64,000 nt of DNA from Phycisphaeraceae bacterium (GTDB lineage Bacteria > Planctomycetota > Phycisphaerae > Phycisphaerales > Phycisphaeraceae). Under the pieces are notes generated by a model that did no database searches, was not told the DNA's origin, and saw only the letters and a program-made list of their open reading frames with translations. Each line of letters begins with the position of its first letter. Positions within the stretch are counted from its first letter, which is position 1. The DNA lies in NCBI GenBank assembly GCA_963674705.1, contig OY771506.1, forward strand, positions 3,520,001-3,584,000. The letters are read 5' to 3'. Shown in pieces: positions 40,015 to 48,245 of this stretch. Both the position numbers and the translations under genes were made by a program.

Positions 40015-41400
40015 ATGGCACGCACAATCAAATCAGGCAAAGAGCTGAGCTGGCACAAGGGCACCAAACGCTGGTACAAGACTCACAATGGCAAGCCATA
40101 CTACTTTGGCTCAGGTACCAGTGAACGTGACAGACGCAGCTATGAGGTTGCAGTCAGAAAGTATCATGCATGGCTAGATGAGCGTGAAAAAACAGAGAAG
40201 GCAGCCGGGGTGATACAGCTTATACCTGAGCTCATGCAGCTGCTGCGTCAAGTGGAGTACGGCAAGCAACCTGTGGCAGCTCTCGAGCAGCCCAGGTACG
40301 GGAATCTGGGCAAAATCGTGGCTAAAGATATTCGTGACAAGTGGCGTATTGATGACAAGGGCTACACCACCTTAGAGGGTATCGAGTTTGGCCCACTCTC
40401 AATGCAGCCACTTATTGATGCCGCACTCGGTGAGGTAGAGGCAGCTGGCCCTGCTACCCAGGCAGACAAGCCAGGCAAGAAGCGCAGCAACATAAACGGA
40501 CACATAGAAGCGTGGCTGGCTGAAGAGCAGACCAGGGTAGATGCTGGCCAGCTGACTGCTACAGCCCAGAGGGACAAGACAAACGGCATAGCTACGCTGC
40601 GTGAGTTTTGCGGTACACAGAGCTTTGGCAAGCCTGAAGACGTAGACCAGCTATGCCTGGACTACAGGCAGTGGCTGATGAGAAAAGTAGCGGCAGGCGA
40701 CTACTCAGCCAACACTGTGAACGACAAAACTAAGTTTGCAGGTCAGTTTATTGAGTATTGCTGGCAGCGAGCTGTAATCAAGCAGCTGCCACGCACACTA
40801 AAAGAGTTACGTAAGAAGCTACACACAGAAAAGAAGGGTAAGCCAATCAAACTTACAGACCTACACAAGATATGGCATGCCGCTGGCCCACGCATGAAGT
40901 GCTTTATAGCTATTGGCCTAAATGGAGGCATGAAAAATGGCGACATCTCAGCGCTCAAGGGCAGTAACCTGCAGGGTGATAGGCTGGTGGGCAAGCGCGA
41001 GAAGACTAAGAAGAGTAATGTACCCTACAACTATAAGCTATGGCCCCTTACGCAGAAGCTTATCAAAGACCAGCGTGACAGGACTGGTGACGATGAGCTG
41101 CTATTTGTGAACAAAAAAGGCGGGCGTATCACCACAGATAGCTTTAGCCGTTTGTTTAAGAGGGTGGCCAACAAAGCAGGCGTAGAGGCTACATTTGAGC
41201 AGCTCAGAGATACAGCAGCTGAATACGTCAAGCAAGAGCTATTTAAGCAGGGTGGTGAGATGGGCCCGCTACAAATCTTCTTGGCCCACAAAGACAAGAG
41301 CACAGCCAAGTATTATGTGTCAGACGATGAGGCACATCTCGTGGTGCCTAAGCTGGATAAGATCGTGATGGGCATGCAGAAGACGTTTGGCCTAAAGTAA
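40015..41400 (+). CDS. tyrosine recombinase / phage-type integrase (divergent)
   Basis: N-terminal arm-binding-like WYK...YFG, GLNGGMK..DI, REKTK, QLRDT, LAH, KYY; AAGGAG RBS; adjacent to tRNA. Confidence 0.85.
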   Translation: MARTIKSGKELSWHKGTKRWYKTHNGKPYYFGSGTSERDRRSYEVAVRKYHAWLDEREKTEKAAGVIQLIPELMQLLRQVEYGKQPVAALEQPRYGNLGKIVAKDIRDKWRIDDKGYTTLEGIEFGPLSMQPLIDAALGEVEAAGPATQADKPGKKRSNINGHIEAWLAEEQTRVDAGQLTATAQRDKTNGIATLREFCGTQSFGKPEDVDQLCLDYRQWLMRKVAAGDYSANTVNDKTKFAGQFIEYCWQRAVIKQLPRTLKELRKKLHTEKKGKPIKLTDLHKIWHAAGPRMKCFIAIGLNGGMKNGDISALKGSNLQGDRLVGKREKTKKSNVPYNYKLWPLTQKLIKDQRDRTGDDELLFVNKKGGRITTDSFSRLFKRVANKAGVEATFEQLRDTAAEYVKQELFKQGGEMGPLQIFLAHKDKSTAKYYVSDDEAHLVVPKLDKIVMGMQKTFGLK

Positions 41401-41493
41401 CAACGCCCCCGCTAGCACAAGGCATGAGCGCTTCCGGGGGCGTGGTTACGTCGGTATTTTTAATCTGCCGCATTGGTGGTCAAGACGCGACCC

Positions 41494-42588
41494 CTATTCG
41501 CTATGCAGTTCACTGAACAGGTCGCTAGTAGCCGCGAGCTCGTCGTCGCCTTGGGTCTCGCGGTGGCTATTAAACGCTACGAGCTCGCCGTCGTCGTCGT
41601 CGGACCACGGCTTAACCACATACTCGGCGGGGGGCTTCCCGACAAGGGCGTCTTCGATGTCGCTGTATAGGTCGCCACCTGCGGTTAGGTCGTCGGGCTC
41701 GCCATACTTCATAACGACGTCGGCGTTATTGCGGGTGCCGGTGACGACGGATAGATAATAGGACGGGCTAAACGATCCGACATCATCACAATCAGGGTCG
41801 AGGTTATTAGCTATGTTGGCCTCGACTAGCGGCAGCATCGCGTCGATACACAGGCCTAATAGCTTTTTCTTACCACCACGCCTTAGCGGGGTGCCTTCCA
41901 TCCAGTTACGCAGCCTGCTATCGAGCCATTTCTCGGCTTCACCCTTAATATCGGCTTTGCCCTGAGGGGCGCTAGGCGCCGCGCTAACGGGCTCAGGCTT
42001 AGCGGGTTCTATCGGACTGGCTTTGCGCTCGAGGCGCAGCTTGACTGGCTCTAGGCGCTCTGAACGGATCGGACGCTTCCACCTAAACTGCTCGAGCAGA
42101 TCGAGGTCGGCAGGCTCGGGCGACTTCTTACCATAGACAGCCTTAAACGCTTTCCACAGGTCGGGATGATCTAGGCTATTGACTACATGCTTAACGAGCT
42201 CGGGATTCGTGAACCCGCCCCGGAAGATTACTCGGCCGTCATGCTTCTTACCGTCGACCTTGGTCCCGGTGTCGACCTGGCCGTCGCCGAGCATATATGT
42301 ATTCGAGGTCTGTTTGCCGTCGTCGGTGGCACAGCGGGTAACCGTTAACACCCCTAACCATTCCAGCTCATACAGGGCACGCCGGATAGTGCTAAGGCTT
42401 TTTCCGGTACGCTTGGCTATGTTTGCTTGCGTATACCAGCAACAGCTACCAGGGCGGGACAGCTCGAATAAGACGCTAACGTGTCGGGGGGCGAGTCGAT
42501 GGAAGATCGGGGCTAGCTCGGCCGGTAGGCTGGCATAGCCGGGGGAATACTTACGAGGCGGGGAGTCTTTACGGTCTTTCGATTTCAT
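41494..42588 (-). CDS. helix-turn-helix protein, putative replication initiator
   Basis: CWYTQANIAKRTGKSLSTIRRALYELEWLGVL...QTSNTY, a typical HTH_36-like N-terminus of phage/plasmid Rep proteins. Confidence 0.7.
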   Translation of the reverse strand: MKSKDRKDSPPRKYSPGYASLPAELAPIFHRLAPRHVSVLFELSRPGSCCWYTQANIAKRTGKSLSTIRRALYELEWLGVLTVTRCATDDGKQTSNTYMLGDGQVDTGTKVDGKKHDGRVIFRGGFTNPELVKHVVNSLDHPDLWKAFKAVYGKKSPEPADLDLLEQFRWKRPIRSERLEPVKLRLERKASPIEPAKPEPVSAAPSAPQGKADIKGEAEKWLDSRLRNWMEGTPLRRGGKKKLLGLCIDAMLPLVEANIANNLDPDCDDVGSFSPSYYLSVVTGTRNNADVVMKYGEPDDLTAGGDLYSDIEDALVGKPPAEYVVKPWSDDDDGELVAFNSHRETQGDDELAATSDLFSELHSE

Positions 42589-42839
42589 AGCTAGGCTGGC
42601 TCCAAGGGTGCTGAACCCTGCCCGGGAAATTCGGAGCGCCAGCTATGAGAGGCCCGGACAGGGGTTATCAGCGTCAAATTTTAATTAGTGGGGCTGGCGG
42701 CTCCATCTAATCCCATCTTAGCGCAAGTCTAAATTTTGGATCGTCGTCTCGCTTGGGCAAAAGGGCGCTAGCGGGCCAGAAACAAGGATATACAAATAGG
42801 CCTAAAAAATATTTAACTGTAAGGGGCCTGACCCGGGCA

Positions 42840-42941
42840 TAGGGTGTTCGCATAGGGTAGACATGTAGGGTGTTCGCATGGGATGAACAGGTAGGGTGTT
42901 CGCATGGGGTAGACAACGAATATCAAGGGTTAATATCAAGG
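42840..42941 (+). repeat. iteron-like direct repeats
   Basis: tagggtgttcgcat at 42840, 42866, 42892 (26-bp period); aatatcaagg at 42919 and 42932. Confidence 0.8.
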
Positions 42942-43437
42942 TAGAAGAACAAACAAGAATAAGGGCTGCGCCGCTTTGTTCTTGTTCTTATTTCTATCTC
43001 AAAGTCTATGGGTATTGGATAGTCTATGCCGCTGGACAATCTGCAATAGCTGCCGTCCGCCCTGTTTATTGACTATGCCGCTTGCTAGCCTGTCAGCTTG
43101 CCAGCTTGATCTAAATATGCCGTCGTGCATTTGTGCCGCATGTGCTGTCCATGCTGCGAGTAACTTAGATTGTCTATGTCATATGCCCGCATGCCTAATA
43201 TGTCTTACATGTGCCTCATGTCATGTCCATGCTGCATGTGCTGTTTTTAGACTTGTGCATCATGTGTTTCTTGTATGTGATTTAGCACGGCCATCCACCT
43301 TCTTGAGCCAATTTTACGAGTACCCTCTATCCAGACGACCTATCCACGAATATTCGCACGCGTGCGCGCTTTCATGTTGTGAATACTAGTCAGGTATCCT
43401 CGCACGAAACCGTGTTGACCGACCATGGTCCAGCGCA

Positions 43438-43446
43438 TGTTATAAT
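43438..43446 (+). promoter_or_regulatory. extended -10 promoter (TGTTATAAT)
   Basis: perfect TGnTATAAT upstream of the two paralogous genes. Confidence 0.55.
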
Positions 43447-43588
43447 GTAGTTATAGGCATATGATGCCTTCGGCCGACCGGATCCTCACAGGGTCTAGGC
43501 ACACCACGTGAACGGCCAACACCACTCAATCAAGCATCGTTAACCGCGCAACCGTGGGGCATTCCCCTGCGCGCACATGGAGAATAAA

Positions 43589-44101
43589 ATGGCAAAGAAG
43601 TACTCCCGCAGATCTAACCGTTACCACCTCACGCACCACGTGATCAAGCTCATGCGTAACAGGCGCTATTTCAGCAGCAGCCAGTGCGCCTTGTGCGTCT
43701 ACCTGGGCGCACCCGAGGTCTACCCCCAGCAGCGCAAGCGGATCCGCCAGTTGCTTGATAAGTACGTCCAGGCCGGCCTGCTGGAACGGAACGACGATCT
43801 GGCAGCCTGTCCGATTTACCGACACAGGGAACCAGTAGAAGACCAGATCGATAAGGCGTTGGTCAGATTGTTCGAAGAACACGCCAGCAGGCATTCTTGG
43901 TCCTTAACGGATAAGCTCATGATGGGGTTGCTGGAGAAGTGCGAGTTGGATCGTCTAGCACCGGCCAATCCCGACCCTGCAGACTTTATGAAGGACGGCC
44001 GGCTACTGCCCGGGTCTGGCTCCGGAGGGTCGCACTACATGTGGGATCGCGTGGAGCCCGAAGAGCCAGGTGTGTTGGACTACCTCAAGAAGCCGGCTTA
44101 A
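43589..44101 (+). CDS. hypothetical winged-helix-like protein, paralog 1
   Basis: GGAG RBS; QQRKRIRQLLDKYVQAGLLERND shared with the next ORF. Confidence 0.75.
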   Translation: MAKKYSRRSNRYHLTHHVIKLMRNRRYFSSSQCALCVYLGAPEVYPQQRKRIRQLLDKYVQAGLLERNDDLAACPIYRHREPVEDQIDKALVRLFEEHASRHSWSLTDKLMMGLLEKCELDRLAPANPDPADFMKDGRLLPGSGSGGSHYMWDRVEPEEPGVLDYLKKPA

Positions 44102-44173
44102 CCGTCTCTCGTATCGTAGTGTTATCCGTAACGTTGAAGCAGTGACTCCTCAGCGCGCCCTGGAGGGCTTCTG

Positions 44174-44671
44174 ATGCTTCCCATTGAACACCGCGCCCCT
44201 AGCCGTATGCACCTTGTCCACAGCGTCATAGCGCGCCTGCGTGGCCGTGGGTACTGGTCTGCACACCAGGTCGCTCAAGCCACGTTTTGGGGTTGTGGTC
44301 GGTTGCATCGACAGCAACGCAAGCGGATCAGGTTGATACTCGATAGATATGTCGATGCCGGCATCTTAGAACGTAACGACACGATCGCGGCATGCCCCCT
44401 TTACCGCCACCGAGACGTCACGTTGAAGGATGTGGATCAAGAGATGGTTAAACAGTTCGAGGCCCACGCCAATCGCCGCCGAGTGACGCCCAGCTATGAG
44501 ATGGACCTAAGAATGCTTGACATGTACTTGGACCAGCTGATCCCGCAGGACACCGATCCCGAACTATTTAATGAGTATGGTCACCTGATGGGTCGAGAGT
44601 TGATGGCTATGCAGGATCAGTGTTGGGTAGTGCCGGAAAGGTCCACGGCGTTTGGGGTATTTGGAGTGTGA
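44174..44671 (+). CDS. hypothetical winged-helix-like protein, paralog 2
   Basis: GGAGG RBS; QQRKRIRLILDRYVDAGILERND. Confidence 0.75.
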   Translation: MLPIEHRAPSRMHLVHSVIARLRGRGYWSAHQVAQATFWGCGRLHRQQRKRIRLILDRYVDAGILERNDTIAACPLYRHRDVTLKDVDQEMVKQFEAHANRRRVTPSYEMDLRMLDMYLDQLIPQDTDPELFNEYGHLMGRELMAMQDQCWVVPERSTAFGVFGV

Positions 44672-44799
44672 GTTAGGCTATTCCGTTAATATGGCATCAA
44701 AATAATAATTACACCATAGAGTAGTCGCGCATGCTATTGCGACCTCACCCTGAGCAAGGGTACAGCAACATGATCAAGTATTCTCTGAACAGTATCGTA

Positions 44800-45984
44800 T
44801 CAGTTCGGATTACCGCTGCCGCGGACTTCATCGAAGAAGGGAGTACTTCCACTTGAAACGCAGGTATCGGCATACAGGTACATGGCGGCAGACCAAGTCT
44901 GCCAGTCGCGCCCTATGGGCTTGCCCGTCTGAGCCTTGATCTGTTCATTGAAGCCCCATTCGGCCTGATTCTCGTGCCAAGGCTTGACCAGATGCGCCAG
45001 GGCCTTAAGACTTCTAGCCGCGATCTGTGGGCGTTTCGCCGCTACAGCCGCCGCGACGTAGAAGCCGCAGATAAAAGGCCAGACCCCGCCATTGTGGTAT
45101 TCGCCGGGCCGGTTGAACTTCGCGTACCGGGGACGCCAGTCGCTGTCGTTCTCTTGCATATAAGGGAACAGGCAGGGGGGCAGGTCCACCGCCAATTCGC
45201 CGCGCTTTCGCATCAGCTCGCACTCACCCTCGATCCACGTCATTAGCTTATCCGCCCTGGACAGCGAGGCCACGCCCGAGAGCACGGCCCAGGCGTTGCC
45301 CAAGAGGTCGAAACGTTCGTTGTGTTCGGTCTTGTAGGAATACAGGGCGTAGTAAGGTTTCTTTGGGACGACTAAACCTTCGTGAACGTGCGGGGGTTTA
45401 CTCTCTTGCGTTATTTCGAAGCGGTTGGTCAGGTTGCGGAGCATGTCTGCGTCGTCGTGCTGCCCAAACATCCGTAGGGCGGTGTAGTAGACCGTGTTAA
45501 CGAACAGGCCGTAACCCAGCACCCAGTGCTCGTCGCGCCAGTCGCTGGTGGGCAGTTGACCGATCATCACGCGGTCGTCGGGGCTCTGGTAGCGCATCCA
45601 GTTCAGCGCCCGTTGTGCCGCGTCTTCGAAAGCATCGGTCTGGCCCGTCTTTTGGCGGTAGACGCCGACGCCGAACAGGAACAACGGCGTCGTGTCGCTG
45701 GCGCCGCGGTTATCCGGGTCGTGTGCCAATGAGGGGATATGGCCGCGGGGGGAGATGTTGCGAGCCAATGCGGATAAGGTGCGGTCCAAGGCGTCAATAA
45801 GTTCAGGCCGGCCGCTGACGGCATAGCCCAGGGCCGCGATCATCAGGTCACGGGTGTAGGGCTCGGGGTAGCCCCACCCAGCGGTGCGGGGCAGGCCGCG
45901 GTATGGGCCGTGGGCGTTATGCAGCAGGACCTGGACGGCCGCTTCTCGCGCCTCGGTCAGGATGTTCGGCGCGTCAGCGTTCAT
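44800..45984 (-). CDS. (alpha/alpha)6 glycoside hydrolase, GH100 invertase / amylo-1,6-glucosidase-like
   Basis: YTRD, DTTPLF, SDWRD, YHNGGVWPF, FNE, QTWSAA motifs. Confidence 0.85.
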   Translation of the reverse strand: MNADAPNILTEAREAAVQVLLHNAHGPYRGLPRTAGWGYPEPYTRDLMIAALGYAVSGRPELIDALDRTLSALARNISPRGHIPSLAHDPDNRGASDTTPLFLFGVGVYRQKTGQTDAFEDAAQRALNWMRYQSPDDRVMIGQLPTSDWRDEHWVLGYGLFVNTVYYTALRMFGQHDDADMLRNLTNRFEITQESKPPHVHEGLVVPKKPYYALYSYKTEHNERFDLLGNAWAVLSGVASLSRADKLMTWIEGECELMRKRGELAVDLPPCLFPYMQENDSDWRPRYAKFNRPGEYHNGGVWPFICGFYVAAAVAAKRPQIAARSLKALAHLVKPWHENQAEWGFNEQIKAQTGKPIGRDWQTWSAAMYLYADTCVSSGSTPFFDEVRGSGNPN

Positions 45985-45991
45985 AGCCCAT

Positions 45992-47134
45992 TCAGTCAAT
46001 GTTCAGGTGCTTGGAAACCAGATCGATAAAGCGACGTGCGACGGTGTGGTACTCATAGCGTTCGACCGCCCGCCGTCGGCCAGCTTCACCGAGGCGATGC
46101 CGCAGCGGTGCATCTGTCATCAGGGTCAGGAGAAACTTCGCAATATCATCAATATTCGCACGGTAGTCAGCGGTCTTCATACTCGGGAACACCACTCGGT
46201 GGCCCTCCTCGTATCCCTGGTCTTGGCCCAGCACGGCCGCATGGATCTTAATCTCCTGCGCGACCCGGGCGAGCAAGGCGTTTTCATTGTGGGTCATCGT
46301 ATCAAGGAACGCCATCGCATTCATAGCGATGACTGGCTTTCCGCAAGCATTGGCTTCGACCTGGATCATGCCAAACCCTTCAAGTCGTGAAGGGGCGGCA
46401 TAGATGTCGCAGGCCGCCAGCAGGTAAGGCATGAAGTTACGCGACACCACGTTCGCGGTGTATACCACGTTTTTATCGATCCCCAGATGGCTCGCCAGTT
46501 GTAGGTCCAGCAAGTTCTGCGATTGTGTCCGCGGCTGTGGCCAAACTTTGCAGACATATTTCCAATCTGGTGCCTGTGTATCGATCATTGCCAACGCTGA
46601 CATGACTTCCTGTGAACCTTTTGAAGCAGCATCGCCGCCGACAGTGAGGACCATGATCTGATCTTCAGCTATTCCAAGTGACTCACGGATGGCCATTACT
46701 TTTGGGTCGTCGCGGTCGCGGGGGCAGAAGTTGTCCGTGTCAATGCCGACCGGCAGGACCTCAATGTTGTCGCCTTTTACACCGTCACGGATGTATGTGT
46801 CTTTCACCCACTGAGACGTGACCAGGATCAGCGGCAGTGCGTTAAGGACCTCGTGGTACCCGGCGACGTACCCGTCGGCGACCAGCCACGGCACCGGGGT
46901 GATCCCGTAGCGTTGGGGGTGCAGCACCAGGTGTGGGGTGTGCCCCCAATACCCGATCCCCACCACCACGTCCGGCTCAAACCACCGGTAGTACCATTCC
47001 TTTTCCTGGGGTGACTCAAAGTTCACCGCGTGGGCATCGACGCCGATATCGCGAAGGCCGTTGTAAAGGTGGTTACCCTGGGTTGCCAGCCCGCCGGGAG
47101 ACGCGGGGTAATCGTACTGAACTAACACTTTCAT
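45992..47134 (-). CDS. glycosyltransferase family 4
   Basis: PVGID, PSRLEGFGMIQVEANACGKPVI motif. Confidence 0.93.
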   Translation of the reverse strand: MKVLVQYDYPASPGGLATQGNHLYNGLRDIGVDAHAVNFESPQEKEWYYRWFEPDVVVGIGYWGHTPHLVLHPQRYGITPVPWLVADGYVAGYHEVLNALPLILVTSQWVKDTYIRDGVKGDNIEVLPVGIDTDNFCPRDRDDPKVMAIRESLGIAEDQIMVLTVGGDAASKGSQEVMSALAMIDTQAPDWKYVCKVWPQPRTQSQNLLDLQLASHLGIDKNVVYTANVVSRNFMPYLLAACDIYAAPSRLEGFGMIQVEANACGKPVIAMNAMAFLDTMTHNENALLARVAQEIKIHAAVLGQDQGYEEGHRVVFPSMKTADYRANIDDIAKFLLTLMTDAPLRHRLGEAGRRRAVERYEYHTVARRFIDLVSKHLNID

Positions 47135-47772
47135 GGGCTGACCTTGTGTTTGCGGATACGTTCAACAGCCGATCTCGGTGAATTAAAACACCAGAACCCT
47201 TCCTCGCGAGGTGTTACCCTCGCCTCCCAGCTCTCGGGGCTAAAGCCGTACACCTCAGTGATCATACGCTGTTTCTTCCACCACACCTCTTCGGGTAGGC
47301 AAACGCGCTGGTCGGCATCATGGCGGACCCTCGGCAGCACCGTGCGGTTATCGTCCTCAAATGCGAACATCCACAAAGCCTCCGCCTCCAGCACGCCTGA
47401 CGACCAAAGGTCAACCACAGCCCGGCAACACTCTTCGTGGCGTCGGTGCCGTGTGTATTCACCTAACGGGCCATGTGTCAATACGAGATCGTACCGCCGA
47501 TGCGGAAGCAGACGTGTTATCGTCCGACTGATCTCTTCGGTTGACAATGGATGCTGTTCTGGCCCATCGTCCAGGTCACCCATTGATCCGCTGGCGCCCA
47601 ATAGATCGCAAATCCGCGCAAACTTTGGCGCGCGGTCCAGATCGCTCTCACGGCAGAGCGTAAGGATATGCCAAAAATAGCAGGTGTCCATCAGGATCTG
47701 CCCCCCACACCACAGCGTCTCATCGTCCGGATGGGCAACGATCGCCGCCGCATATTTTACCGGTTCGTCCAT
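47131..47772 (-). CDS. PIG-L family deacetylase
   Basis: VAHPDDE, THGPLGEY..H..H motifs. Confidence 0.9.
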   Translation of the reverse strand: MDEPVKYAAAIVAHPDDETLWCGGQILMDTCYFWHILTLCRESDLDRAPKFARICDLLGASGSMGDLDDGPEQHPLSTEEISRTITRLLPHRRYDLVLTHGPLGEYTRHRRHEECCRAVVDLWSSGVLEAEALWMFAFEDDNRTVLPRVRHDADQRVCLPEEVWWKKQRMITEVYGFSPESWEARVTPREEGFWCFNSPRSAVERIRKHKVSP

Positions 47773-48245
47773 AGTCAAGCGTTCCTGATACCCGCAAGTA
47801 TTATGATTTCAACTGACCGAGTATCTAAAAAGATTCATTGGGAGAGATACTTTGGAGTTTTCAGTATGCCCTGCTTTGTCTACAACAAGTCGCGGTGATT
47901 CTAGGGGGAGTAATGCTGACATCAGAAGGGCGAATCACTTTGCAACTGACACACGATAGAGGGGTTCCTTTATCAGTTCGGGAAACCCGAGCATGTAACA
48001 GCTTCTTCAGACATCACAAAGCCGATTTGGCCCATGAATCGGCTCCAACAACCGTGGATTGAGCGGAAGTTCGATGGATTATGACGCGGACCTTATACTG
48101 GATGCTAACAATACTGGTGATTATACTTGGAGAATACCGAATGGGAAGTATCTGAATTGTTGCATGGGTCTAGAAGACGGATCTCCAGCCAGTTATAATC
48201 TGACAAGAACATTTCTGACTAGCGATGACAACGGAGTGTTTCTTA

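Noticed and set aside
42840..42905. Regularly spaced direct repeats as a mini CRISPR array
   Set aside because: 14-bp repeats with 12-bp, mutually similar spacers and no cas genes; fits iterons better
42976..43389. 137-aa Cys-rich ORF (metallothionein-like?)
   Set aside because: TTG start without RBS; Cys/His/Met content is explained by the CATG/TGT-rich low-complexity DNA
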